From a virus (lineage: Duplodnaviria > Heunggongvirae > Uroviricota > Caudoviricetes), in the IMG/VR virus record IMGVR_UViG_2619619134_000012: a DNA stretch of 35,126 bases. One strand, given 5' to 3'. Below the pieces are notes generated by a model. The model was not told the DNA's origin. It saw only the letters and a list, made by a program, of their open reading frames with translations, and made no database searches. Below, one piece after another: positions 9,963-18,528 of this stretch; positions within the stretch are counted from its first letter, which is position 1, and every line of letters starts with the position of its first letter. The translations under genes and the position numbers were made by a program.

Positions 9963-9977
9963 CTATGAGATAAAATT

Positions 9978-10409
9978 TCAAATCGGCAATGGCGGCCAGT
10001 AAAATTCAGGCGCAATAGCTGTTTCTACCGGGATAGCCTTAACATCCCGTTTGTAAAGCATCCATTCAGAGAGACTTTTTTTGTTGCCATCACTGATATC
10101 ACCTAACATCAATTCTGTGCGCCAGTCCGCAGTAATACTGTCGGCATATGCCAATAACTCAGCACGACGCGCTTCTGCCGCAGCTATCAGTTCCTCATGT
10201 GTTGGTGGAGTCGGATCGCTCCAGACAGGCAGACCATCCTCACCTGCAATACGAATTTTATCAGGTGGAGACTGAAGAAATGTCTCATAAACATCATCAC
10301 TGATTTCTATGCCATCATCAGGCCAGGAGCCAGCCTGTTCGTAGACTTCCTTAAGTGATAACGGATAAAAAGCATTGTTTTTAGGACCGTATATATAATT
10401 ATTCATCAT
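9978..10409 (-). CDS. G: Tail fibre assembly chaperone
   Basis: 143-aa ORF immediately downstream of the tail fibre gene with a 1-nt overlap, at the P2 gpG position. Confidence 0.75.
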   Translation of the reverse strand: MMNNYIYGPKNNAFYPLSLKEVYEQAGSWPDDGIEISDDVYETFLQSPPDKIRIAGEDGLPVWSDPTPPTHEELIAAAEARRAELLAYADSITADWRTELMLGDISDGNKKSLSEWMLYKRDVKAIPVETAIAPEFYWPPLPI

Positions 10410-12139
10410 TAATATCCAATCGCTATCCAGCGGAAGTTGAAGGTTCCAGTAGATTCAGAACAACGTAATTTGAATGAACTGCTGTTTATCGGAGATGCTG
10501 CTGCGGCTGGTACAACTATCGAACCATTATCAAATACTGCTGATATTGACACCATTTTATTTGCAAAAGCGATGGGAAGATTGACAGTTGTCCCACTTCC
10601 TGACGCTCCACCTGATGCTGCTGCATCATATCCCCATTGCACAATGAACCCATCAGGACCTTTCCTCCACCCCCGGTCAATCCCTGAATATGACCAGCTA
10701 CTCATATCAGGAACCTGCCCTGAACCTGTACCCACATCTCTACTCGCCGCGGTGCCCACAGCCGAGATGTTGACCTTGGTTGCCAGTCCATTGTTGAGAT
10801 CAGTTTGAGTTAATTGCGGGTACCATGGACTCCATTTGGTGTTGGTTTTATCTAACGAAACCCTGATCCAAATATGTCCACCTGTTGTCAGATAAACTTG
10901 TAATCCGTTATATGCCGCAGGAAGAACCAGAAGAGTACCATCATCCTGTTCAGGATAATTTTTCCCTGAAGTGGCGCTGACTGCCACCTCCTGTCCATAA
11001 ATACCAAATGCATCGTCTCCTCCCAGCGCATTGAGGTTTACTGATGCCGGAAGGTATTGTCCTTTAATCAGGAATGCTTTTTCCAGACCAAGGTATTGTA
11101 GAAGGGCAGACACGCTTTTCCCGCTGAGGTTAGTCAAAGTGGCATCAAGGGGCTGTTTTCCCGCCAGCGCGTTCATCACTGTTGTCGCAAAGTTAGGATC
11201 ATTCCCCAGCGCAGCTGCCAGTTCATTCAGTGTGTCCAGCGCCTCCGGCGATGAACCAACCAGCCCAGCAATAGCTGCCTTCACAAATGCTGTAGTGGCA
11301 ATCTGCGTATTGTTCACAGTCTGCGCCGCAGTCGGAGCCGTTGGCGTTCCGGTCAGGGCCGGGCTTGCCAGTGGTGCTTTCAGTGCCAGCGCATTGTTAA
11401 TGGTGGTACTGAAATTCGGGTCATTATTGATAGCTGCCGCAATTTCTTTCAGCGTATCCAGCGTTGCCGGTGCGCCACCAATCAGGGCAAGAATAGCAGC
11501 CTGCACAAAGGCCGTGTTTGCAAGCTGCATGGAATTATTGCCTGCCACCGCCGTCGGCGCTTTTGGCGTACCGGTAAGTGTCGGACTGTCTTTTGGTGCA
11601 TACTGCGAATGAGGATCAACAGCAGCAAGATGCTTTGCCATCAGGTCATCCACATACACCTTAAGCTCCAACACCTTGTCATCCACATATTTGCGAGTTG
11701 CCAGCACCACTGCAGGGTCTATTTTCAGGGTGATGTTATCGGTGCTGCTGGTAATCAGTACCATACGCACGGTCTGCGTACGTCCGCTGCCCTCCGCCAG
11801 CTTCGGCTTGTAGCTCTCCGGGCAGTTTCCCACAGCGATCAGTGCTCCGGTTTCATCAAAAAGGCCGACTTCACGAATCCACCACCCACCCTCATTTTCC
11901 GGGATCACCTGCTCAGCAATAATCTGGCTGCTGTTCTGCGGGTCGATATACAGCATATTCAGCGCTGCGCGGCGCTCCTCTGTAACTAATGCGGTCTGTT
12001 GCGCGTTGGGTGTGGGCAGCGCACCGCCACCGCTACCCACCGCCATATGGGTAATTTTAAGCGGGACACCGAGCGCGGCGGCGCTTGCCAGTTTCGCCGC
12101 GCCGATATCCGTCAGCAGGGTGTAAAATTTTGCGCTCAT
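10409..12139 (-). CDS. H: Tail fibre protein
   Basis: 576-aa ORF with a P2 gpH-like N-terminus (MSAKFYTLLTDIGAAKLASAAALGVPLKITHMAVGSGG...) and internal tandem collar-like repeats. Confidence 0.85.
   Translation of the reverse strand: MSAKFYTLLTDIGAAKLASAAALGVPLKITHMAVGSGGGALPTPNAQQTALVTEERRAALNMLYIDPQNSSQIIAEQVIPENEGGWWIREVGLFDETGALIAVGNCPESYKPKLAEGSGRTQTVRMVLITSSTDNITLKIDPAVVLATRKYVDDKVLELKVYVDDLMAKHLAAVDPHSQYAPKDSPTLTGTPKAPTAVAGNNSMQLANTAFVQAAILALIGGAPATLDTLKEIAAAINNDPNFSTTINNALALKAPLASPALTGTPTAPTAAQTVNNTQIATTAFVKAAIAGLVGSSPEALDTLNELAAALGNDPNFATTVMNALAGKQPLDATLTNLSGKSVSALLQYLGLEKAFLIKGQYLPASVNLNALGGDDAFGIYGQEVAVSATSGKNYPEQDDGTLLVLPAAYNGLQVYLTTGGHIWIRVSLDKTNTKWSPWYPQLTQTDLNNGLATKVNISAVGTAASRDVGTGSGQVPDMSSWSYSGIDRGWRKGPDGFIVQWGYDAAASGGASGSGTTVNLPIAFANKMVSISAVFDNGSIVVPAAAASPINSSSFKLRCSESTGTFNFRWIAIGY
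11153..11587 (-). repeat. Internal tandem duplication in the tail fibre gene (two units of about 70 aa)
   Basis: Residues about 185-254 (SPTLTGTPKAPTAV...DPNFSTTINNALALK) and 259-329 (SPALTGTPTAPTAA...DPNFATTVMNALAGK) are clearly related. Confidence 0.6.
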
Positions 12140-12741
12140 GGGTTCACTCTCATCGTGTCAATAACATGGACCGCCCCGCCCTCATAAGCGGTGCCGCCGG
12201 AAATAATGGTTTCGTTGATATACGGGTAGATCGTGATTTCTTCGCCGGTGTAGGTGGCTGCACTCACAAAATACGGGCCGCCAGTCTGCAGGTTGATGGA
12301 CATACCAACCAGATGACGGCTGCATGGTTTGGCATCACCGATCAGGCGCTCCAGCTCCAGATAGGTTTCTTCTGTTATGCCCTGGTCCTGCACGCCAATA
12401 TCCAGACGGAACGTCCCCGGCGTTTCGCCGGTCTGCCACCACTCAATGATGCGGATCAGGAAGCCAAACGGCTCCACCACACGCCGCACGGCACTGGTTG
12501 TCCCCTTGTGCTGATGGATATAAAAAGCGTCCTGCACAACGCGGCGCTTGACGCTTTCTGTCCAGCTCTCATCCCAACGGTCAACAGAAAACGCCCAGGC
12601 CAGATAGGGCAGGAATCTAATCGGACAGGTTGCCGGATTCCACAAATCACGCAGCGATACCTGCAGATCGGAAATCCCGCTGCAGGTCTGCGCCAGTCTG
12701 CGCTCAAGCGGCGACGAACCCGGCGGCAACAGACTATTCAT
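12136..12741 (-). CDS. I: Baseplate assembly protein I
   Basis: Start placed at internal ATG 12741 (MNSLLPPGSSPLERRLAQT...), which gives an 8-nt overlap with J; the longer track ORF (to 12888) would run deep into J. Confidence 0.75.
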   Translation of the reverse strand: MNSLLPPGSSPLERRLAQTCSGISDLQVSLRDLWNPATCPIRFLPYLAWAFSVDRWDESWTESVKRRVVQDAFYIHQHKGTTSAVRRVVEPFGFLIRIIEWWQTGETPGTFRLDIGVQDQGITEETYLELERLIGDAKPCSRHLVGMSINLQTGGPYFVSAATYTGEEITIYPYINETIISGGTAYEGGAVHVIDTMRVNP

Positions 12742-13642
12742 CTGTGCCCCCGTTGGTGACGCTCCACTCTGTACAGGACGCCGCCTGCGTCTTATCCAGC
12801 ACCACATCCTCCAGCGGGGACGCCAGTTCCACACGCTGGACGCCCTCCACATGCAACGCGGCATAAATGGCGCTGCGGCGGATATCACGTCCCAGCCGCG
12901 TCTGACTGGCGATGTATTTCTGCAGGCTGGCTTTTGCTTCTGCCATCACAGGCTCAGCCTCCGGCCCCGGATAAAGGAAGATCGTCGCATCCACGCTGTA
13001 CGGAATAATTTCAGCGCTGCGCACCGTCAGGCGGTCTGCCACCGGGCGAACCTTTTCACTGTTAAGCGCCTGCTCAACCACTGCCAGCAGGTCAGCCCCT
13101 GCTGTACCGTCACCCTCGCGACTCAGTACGGTAAGCACCACCTCTGCCGGTGCAGGACTGGTTGCGCTGGCATCAGCCACGCGCCCGTCCGCGCTTTTAG
13201 CGTGAAACTCGTAGGCCGCCGTCGGTCCCGCAACGGACAATCCCTCAAACGCAGCCGGAACACGCAGGCGCAACGCCTCATCGCTTTCCATGACGGCAGC
13301 AACCGGCGGCACCGCGTCGTTATCGGCAGGCGTTACCGTCAGGCGTTTCACGTTGTAGTTGGCTGCCAGCTGATCGAGATCGCCGCCGATGGCATACGCC
13401 ACCATAACCGCCTGCGCGGCCTCGTTAATACGCTGGCGCAGCAGGATTTCGCGGTAGGTGCTTTCCTGCAGCAGCTTGGTGACGGGTTCAGATTCCAGTG
13501 CCAGCGTGCGCCGTACCGCGTCCTGCTCAACCGCCGGATAAAGGGCCACAAATGCGGCCTTGCGCTCAGCCAGCAGCGTCTCAAAATCCGGCACGTCCAC
13601 TATCTGCGGCGCGGGCAACTGGGAAAGGTCAATCACTGCCAT
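12734..13642 (-). CDS. J: Baseplate assembly protein J
   Basis: 302-aa ORF at the P2 gpJ position with a matching length. Confidence 0.85.
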   Translation of the reverse strand: MAVIDLSQLPAPQIVDVPDFETLLAERKAAFVALYPAVEQDAVRRTLALESEPVTKLLQESTYREILLRQRINEAAQAVMVAYAIGGDLDQLAANYNVKRLTVTPADNDAVPPVAAVMESDEALRLRVPAAFEGLSVAGPTAAYEFHAKSADGRVADASATSPAPAEVVLTVLSREGDGTAGADLLAVVEQALNSEKVRPVADRLTVRSAEIIPYSVDATIFLYPGPEAEPVMAEAKASLQKYIASQTRLGRDIRRSAIYAALHVEGVQRVELASPLEDVVLDKTQAASCTEWSVTNGGTDE

Positions 13643-13988
13643 TGTCTGCTCCTGTTGATACCGAAAGGGAAACCGGCGCGCCGTTGTTGCGCTGCCCGGT
13701 AAGCTCTACCACCATGGAGCCGTCAAAGCTGCTGCTGATGGTGATGGAATCCAGCGTAAGCCGTGGCTCCCAGCGACTCAGGGCCACATAGACCGCAGAC
13801 ATGACCTGCAGGCGTAGCGCCGGGTTCTGCGGCTGGTCAATCAGGGCAGACAGCAGGGAACCATATTCCCGGCGGGCGATCCGGCTGCCCTGAGGAGTCA
13901 GTAGAATATCCCGCACTGACTGGCGGAGATGGTCCGTATCAGTAATGGCCTTGCCGTTGCCCTGGCTCATGCCGATATACAGCGTCAT
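13629..13988 (-). CDS. W: Baseplate assembly protein W
   Basis: 119-aa ORF between V and J, translationally coupled to both. Confidence 0.8.
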   Translation of the reverse strand: MTLYIGMSQGNGKAITDTDHLRQSVRDILLTPQGSRIARREYGSLLSALIDQPQNPALRLQVMSAVYVALSRWEPRLTLDSITISSSFDGSMVVELTGQRNNGAPVSLSVSTGADNGSD

Positions 13989-14563
13989 ACCGGACCTCCT
14001 GACGTATCGCCGCCTGACTTCACGCCGGTGTGACCGTGTTTATCCACCACGATCCCGTTTGAACTCATCGCGCCGCCGCCCTGGGTGACGCCGCCATTGA
14101 TCACCATCTCGCTGTTAATGCGCGTGGTATCAGCCTCCACCACAAACTCACCGGTTTTGAGGGTGATATTGTCCGCCGCCTCGATCACCATGGATTTGAT
14201 ACCCCGGACATGCCACCGCCCGGTGGCGGGTTCATACTCAAACCAGCCCCCGTCCGGGTACTCCGTCACGCAGCCGTCCACAGAATCCGACGGCGGCGCA
14301 AACTGATTGGAGTAGATGGCGGGCAGCACAAAAGCGGTTTCCAGATTGCCGCCCATGCTCAGCACCACCACCTGCTCATCCGGCGACGGGCACCACCATG
14401 TACGGGCGCCACCGGCACGCAGCGTCAGCCAGTTAATCCAGTTAGTTTCAAGCTCGCCCACTTTCACCCGGCACAGCCAGTTTTCCCGGTCCACTTCGGT
14501 CACGGTGCCGGTGCGGATCAGGTTAGTGATAAGGCGCATGATTTCGGTCAGTTGTGCATTCAT
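13985..14563 (-). CDS. V: Baseplate spike protein V
   Basis: 192-aa ORF at the P2 gpV position, first gene of the V-W-J-I block. Confidence 0.8.
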   Translation of the reverse strand: MNAQLTEIMRLITNLIRTGTVTEVDRENWLCRVKVGELETNWINWLTLRAGGARTWWCPSPDEQVVVLSMGGNLETAFVLPAIYSNQFAPPSDSVDGCVTEYPDGGWFEYEPATGRWHVRGIKSMVIEAADNITLKTGEFVVEADTTRINSEMVINGGVTQGGGAMSSNGIVVDKHGHTGVKSGGDTSGGPV

Positions 14564-14631
14564 AACGAAAGGTTGCCATCAGAGGGGAAAGGGAGGCAGC
14601 GTGGGCGCTTGTGCCAGCGGTGACACAAAGA

Positions 14632-15078
14632 TCACCCCGCCAGCCAGCGCAGCAGAGTGTCACGGGTGATGGTTTCCACCTCATCATTCACGCCTAACAA
14701 GCGGCGCTCTGCGTAGCGGACCTCCGGGCCTTTTCGGCTGACGCTATCACGCAGGCCGTAATGGTGAACACGGGCAATGCGCTGCACCTTGCCATCAAAC
14801 TGCACGCTGGCGGAGTCCGCACTGGCGGCGGTTTTCAGGTATTTTGTGGTGCGAAGCTTTGCAAACATCTGGCGTTTGATGCGCCCCTTCTTGCTGCGGG
14901 CTGTCACCCGTCGCGGCTCATAGCCGCTGCCGTCAGGATTACGCTGTAGCCTGATGTTCTGCTGCTGCGTCCGGCGCAGCTGTTGCGCCAGTTGCCGCAT
15001 CATACGGTTGCGTGCAGCAGGCTCCAGATTTGCCAGCAGCGCCGTCAGCCAGTCATCCGCCCTCTGCAGCTCATCCAC
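14632..15078 (-). CDS. S: Tail completion protein S
   Basis: 148-aa ORF overlapping R by 8 nt, at the P2 gpS position. Confidence 0.75.
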   Translation of the reverse strand: MDELQRADDWLTALLANLEPAARNRMMRQLAQQLRRTQQQNIRLQRNPDGSGYEPRRVTARSKKGRIKRQMFAKLRTTKYLKTAASADSASVQFDGKVQRIARVHHYGLRDSVSRKGPEVRYAERRLLGVNDEVETITRDTLLRWLAG

Positions 15079-15574
15079 GTTTCACCGTCCACATTTCTTC
15101 GGGTTCGTCCGGCTCCGGCACCGCTTCAACGCTCGACACGCTGCCGTCAGTGCTGACCAGCACGCGCTCCGTCAGTTGCAGGTTCAGGCTGATATCGCAC
15201 ACATCGTTGCGCAGAATATCCACTTCAAAGGTGAACAGTTTTTCGCGCAGTTCCGGGTTGTTGATGGCATCCGGCTGGCTGGTACTGAGCCACAGCAGGA
15301 CTGGGGCCATCAGCAGATTCTGGTCGCCGCTGAAATCCTCGATCACCACGTTCAGGGTGTAGCGGTACTCCCATGACATGGAGCTGGCACCGGTTGCCAC
15401 CAGTGATCCGTTATCAACGAAAAGGTGCAGCTTGTCCGGGTTATCGCGGACATAGGCAACCGCTTTATTCAGGGCGCTGCGTAAGGACTGCGGTTTGTTC
15501 ACTGTCTCGCTCCTGACACGCAATAATCGTGTCCACTTTGTCAGCACAGACCGCCCAGGCGGCCTCGGTTTCAT
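15071..15574 (-). CDS. R: Tail completion protein R
   Basis: 167-aa ORF with an internal region typical of P2 gpR (...NKAVAYVRDNPDKLHLFVDNGSLVATGASSMSWEYRYTLNVVIEDFSGD...); the true start may lie downstream of 15574. Confidence 0.7.
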   Translation of the reverse strand: MKPRPPGRSVLTKWTRLLRVRSETVNKPQSLRSALNKAVAYVRDNPDKLHLFVDNGSLVATGASSMSWEYRYTLNVVIEDFSGDQNLLMAPVLLWLSTSQPDAINNPELREKLFTFEVDILRNDVCDISLNLQLTERVLVSTDGSVSSVEAVPEPDEPEEMWTVKRG

Positions 15575-15755
15575 CCAGCACCGTATTCAGATCGCCGTTA
15601 CTGCGCGGCGCTGACCTTTCCAGGCGGCACTGCGTCACTCTGGGACAGCCACTCACGGTAAGCTGCACCTCCGGCGAGGGCTGGACGCTCCCGCAGCCGG
15701 ATAATGTCAGCAGGCAAAGGAGTGTCAGCCCAGCGGCGCAAATCCTCGTTTTCAC
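15465..15755 (-). CDS. lysC: Outer-membrane spanin lipoprotein (LysC/Rz1-like)
   Basis: 96-aa ORF with a lipoprotein signal and lipobox (LLTLSGC); starts inside lysB in another frame and extends past its end (overlapped spanin architecture). Confidence 0.7.
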   Translation of the reverse strand: MKTRICAAGLTLLCLLTLSGCGSVQPSPEVQLTVSGCPRVTQCRLERSAPRSNGDLNTVLDETEAAWAVCADKVDTIIACQERDSEQTAVLTQRPE

Positions 15756-16023
15756 GTTTCAGTTCCTCGATCCGGCGCTGGCGACTTCGCAACAGTGCGG
15801 TGGTCTGCTCCGCTGCCGCATAAAGCCGCGTCTGCTCCCGGCTGTTGGTTTCGGTCAGAATGGACAGGCCGATCAGCTGGCTGTTTTTCTTCGTCAGCTC
15901 CTGCGTTTTGCTTTTCAGCGCCGCACCCTGCGTCTCGATGGTGTGGCTGGCATTGTTAAGCTGCCACGACTGCCAGCCCAGCGCCGCAAGTGCCAGCGCC
16001 AGCACTACCGCCAGCGCACGCAT
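15598..16023 (-). CDS. lysB: Inner-membrane spanin (LysB/Rz-like)
   Basis: 141-aa ORF with an N-terminal transmembrane segment and a charged coiled-coil periplasmic domain; follows lysA. Confidence 0.75.
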   Translation of the reverse strand: MRALAVVLALALAALGWQSWQLNNASHTIETQGAALKSKTQELTKKNSQLIGLSILTETNSREQTRLYAAAEQTTALLRSRQRRIEELKRENEDLRRWADTPLPADIIRLRERPALAGGAAYREWLSQSDAVPPGKVSAAQ

Positions 16024-16400
16024 CAGGCCGCCATCGGCTCATGAAGCTGCGCGCGGGCAATCTGATACAAAACCAGCGTCAGCAGGTAGAAGACCAGGGT
16101 GATCACCCATCCCGAAAACGCCAGGCACAGAACAATAAGCAGCCTGATTACCCATGTACGCACGGGTTTTACGGGGTGCGCCCTGAATTTCAGCAATGCC
16201 GCCCTGACCTCATCGCGCGCCCGATCTCCGGCGAACCACCCGACGGTGCACAGCGCAGCAAGCAGCCAGGCGAGGAAGCATGACACCTGGACAGACGCAC
16301 CAACCAGAACCGGCGCACCGCTGCGCGGATACAGCAGGCTGATAACCAACAGCGCAACCCATGCCAGCTGGAAAAAAACGCTCATGACTTTCTTTTTCAT
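16023..16400 (-). CDS. lysA: Lysis-timing membrane protein (LysA-like)
   Basis: 125-aa protein with several hydrophobic helices, between the endolysin and the spanins as in P2. Confidence 0.55.
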   Translation of the reverse strand: MKKKVMSVFFQLAWVALLVISLLYPRSGAPVLVGASVQVSCFLAWLLAALCTVGWFAGDRARDEVRAALLKFRAHPVKPVRTWVIRLLIVLCLAFSGWVITLVFYLLTLVLYQIARAQLHEPMAA

Positions 16401-16404
16401 TCCG

Positions 16405-16941
16405 TTATGCTCCTTTTAAGCACCAGGCCATTTCCCGCGCGCGGCGGTTCTCCAGACCTTTATTTTTCACACCGTTAACGTAAATCCAGCGAGGTAGCTG
16501 GTTGCATGCCTGCCACCACTGCTGGCGATTGATAAATGACACCATGGTTGACCTGCAGATCGCGCCGGTCCCCACATTGAAACCAATGCTCACCAGCGCA
16601 TCGTAGACATGTTGCGGGGGCTTCACTGTCAGGCAGGCATCCAGCCTTTTTTCAGTCAGCAGCACATTGTTTATTAACCCCTGCGCCGCCTGCCGTTCCG
16701 TGATAGTTTTGCCCGGCACCACACCGGACGTATTGCCGATCCCGTCAGTCCACACGCCCGCGCTGCACTGATAAGGCTGCAGGCGGCATCCCTCGTAATC
16801 GGCGATCAGTTTCAGCCCCTCAACGGAGGTATGAAGCGACTGAAATCCGGGCAGCGTGGCGGCGATAGCCAGCACCGCCCCGACAAGGCAGCGCTTAACG
16901 ATTGAAGGATTCATATTCCCCCCGCGAAATTTTGCCGCCAC
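16405..16941 (-). CDS. K: Endolysin, T4-lysozyme-like with an N-terminal signal-anchor-release segment
   Basis: N-terminal hydrophobic stretch CLVGAVLAIAATLP followed by a lysozyme catalytic region (LIADYEGCRLQPYQCSAGVWTDGIGNT); the start may be the internal ATG at 16914. Confidence 0.8.
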   Translation of the reverse strand: MAAKFRGGNMNPSIVKRCLVGAVLAIAATLPGFQSLHTSVEGLKLIADYEGCRLQPYQCSAGVWTDGIGNTSGVVPGKTITERQAAQGLINNVLLTEKRLDACLTVKPPQHVYDALVSIGFNVGTGAICRSTMVSFINRQQWWQACNQLPRWIYVNGVKNKGLENRRAREMAWCLKGA

Positions 16942-17110
16942 GTAACAATTTGAAAGACTGGTGTTTGTAGTACCAGTTGATAGCCAGCATCAGCACACCA
17001 ATCAGTACGCCGCCAACCGTTGACGCATCCTTGAGCGACAGATCGCCCAGCCATGCCAGCAGCACGGCGATGCAGTAAGTGATAAAGGCGCTGATTCGTT
17101 CAAGCGTCAT
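16895..17110 (-). CDS. Y: Holin
   Basis: 71-aa protein with two predicted transmembrane segments and a charged C-terminus, immediately upstream of the endolysin. Confidence 0.6.
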   Translation of the reverse strand: MTLERISAFITYCIAVLLAWLGDLSLKDASTVGGVLIGVLMLAINWYYKHQSFKLLRGGKISRGEYESFNR

Positions 17111-17113
17111 AAT

Positions 17114-17317
17114 TCAGTCCCATAGCTGGACGGTCTGCGCCGTGGTTGACGCCGTAATGTCCGGCAGTTCCACCTGCAGCCCGTGCGGTAAAAATGGGCC
17201 GTACTCAGCCAGCCCCGGATTAGCCTGCAGAACCTGCTCAGTGACACCCTGCGTGCGCCCGTAATGACGCCAGCAAAGCGCGTCCACCGTGTCATACTGA
17301 TGCGCACGCACTTTCAT
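17114..17317 (-). CDS. X: Tail protein X
   Basis: 67-aa ORF (MKVRAHQYDTVDALCWRHYGRTQGVTEQVLQANPGLAEYG...) recognised as P2 gpX-like. Confidence 0.75.
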   Translation of the reverse strand: MKVRAHQYDTVDALCWRHYGRTQGVTEQVLQANPGLAEYGPFLPHGLQVELPDITASTTAQTVQLWD

Positions 17318-17844
17318 CAGATAAGCTCCACCGTACAGCGCGGCGCATCCTGCACCCTGCTGATAGCCCAGCGAGCATCACGCCACAGATCGCCGCTGGC
17401 CTCCGCCAGCTCCTCCCCTCGCTTCACACCTGACGCCGTGGCGTCATAGTCCTGATAACGCTCATTGAGCACAGCGCGCGCCCAGCAAAAAACAGCGTTG
17501 TGGTAGTGCTGGATACGCTCGCTTTTGCCGTCCAGCATTTCTGCGGGAACCTCAGCAAGTGTCCGCCAGCCCAGCATCTGCTGACGGTTGCGGAAGTCGT
17601 ACAGCTCAGCGTTAACCTCAGAAATAGCCGTCAGCACGACCTGCTTTAAACGCGGCTGCGTCACCGTGCCATCAGTGCGCATCACACTGCGAAATTCCGA
17701 CAGGTCCACATCAGGCCAGAACGGCGTATTTTTTATGACCTCCGCCTGTTCCGGTGCCTGTTCGGGCGCAACAAACTTCATGCGACTTTCTCCTGAATAA
17801 GTGGGCGGTGGACGGGGTTTTGATGTGGCAGTGCCTTTCGCCAC
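17317..17844 (-). CDS. L: Head completion/stabilisation protein L
   Basis: 175-aa ORF following M and N in P2 order. Confidence 0.8.
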   Translation of the reverse strand: MAKGTATSKPRPPPTYSGESRMKFVAPEQAPEQAEVIKNTPFWPDVDLSEFRSVMRTDGTVTQPRLKQVVLTAISEVNAELYDFRNRQQMLGWRTLAEVPAEMLDGKSERIQHYHNAVFCWARAVLNERYQDYDATASGVKRGEELAEASGDLWRDARWAISRVQDAPRCTVELI

Positions 17845-17874
17845 CCCGTGCCGCCCGTGCGCGGGGCACGTTCT

Positions 17875-18525
17875 TTAGCGGCTGTCATTGCGCAGTCTGC
17901 GCTCCAGCTGCTGCTTTTCTTTTTTCACGCCACAGCGGGGATCGAGCTGCAGCGCATGGGTAAGGTGATTCAGGGCAGATGCCGGGTTGCTTTCGCTCAG
18001 TACAGCGCCGATGGCTTTATGCAGGCGCGCCCGCGACTGGTCCGGCATATCCAGATCGGTTGTTAGGTCCAGCGTCTGCAAGAGCAGATCGGCATCAAAA
18101 ACGGCAGCGGCTAGCAGAGCGCTTTGCGCCGCGTCTGCCATTTCTTCTGCCAGCACGGTTTGCACGTTACGGTTGCCCAGCGGCATCACCCAGCCATGGC
18201 GCAGTGCATGACGCCCGATTTCCAGCGCACCGGCATAATCACCGGCGTCGATACGCCACAGCATCACGTACATCAGCACGTCATCCTGCTGCGCACCTCC
18301 GGCAGCCAGCACGCCCTCCGCCCAGGCGGAATATTTCGGCAGCAGCTCCACCTTGATTTCCGCCTTTTTCACCGTGGACTGGACGCCCTTGAGGCGGCGA
18401 CGGTCTTCTGCCAGCTGCAGCAGCATCAGGTCATAGCCCGACGCATGGCGAACACTGCCGCCCTCACGGGCGGCCTGTTCGGCCTGAATGCGCAGGCGGT
18501 GCTGCCGTGCGGGACTCAGGCTCAT
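17875..18525 (-). CDS. M: Terminase small (endonuclease) subunit M
   Basis: 216-aa ORF at the P2 gpM position. Confidence 0.8.
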   Translation of the reverse strand: MSLSPARQHRLRIQAEQAAREGGSVRHASGYDLMLLQLAEDRRRLKGVQSTVKKAEIKVELLPKYSAWAEGVLAAGGAQQDDVLMYVMLWRIDAGDYAGALEIGRHALRHGWVMPLGNRNVQTVLAEEMADAAQSALLAAAVFDADLLLQTLDLTTDLDMPDQSRARLHKAIGAVLSESNPASALNHLTHALQLDPRCGVKKEKQQLERRLRNDSR

Positions 18526-18528
18526 GCG

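Noticed and set aside
11031-12759. Plus-strand ORFs of 126-224 aa
   Set aside because: Antisense to the tail fibre and baseplate genes H and I; arginine- and alanine-rich composition typical of GC-rich antisense frames.
12742-12888. N-terminal extension of the I gene in the ORF track
   Set aside because: The extension would overlap the 3' half of J and has tryptophan- and arginine-rich junk composition; the internal ATG gives a P2-like protein and an 8-nt overlap.
14610-14627. TGT-N12-ACA element (TGTGCCAGCGGTGACACA) upstream of V as a late promoter
   Set aside because: Its centre is only about 55 nt from the V start codon, leaving no room for a leader if the site is centred at -55, and it lies inside the 3' end region of S; possibly chance.
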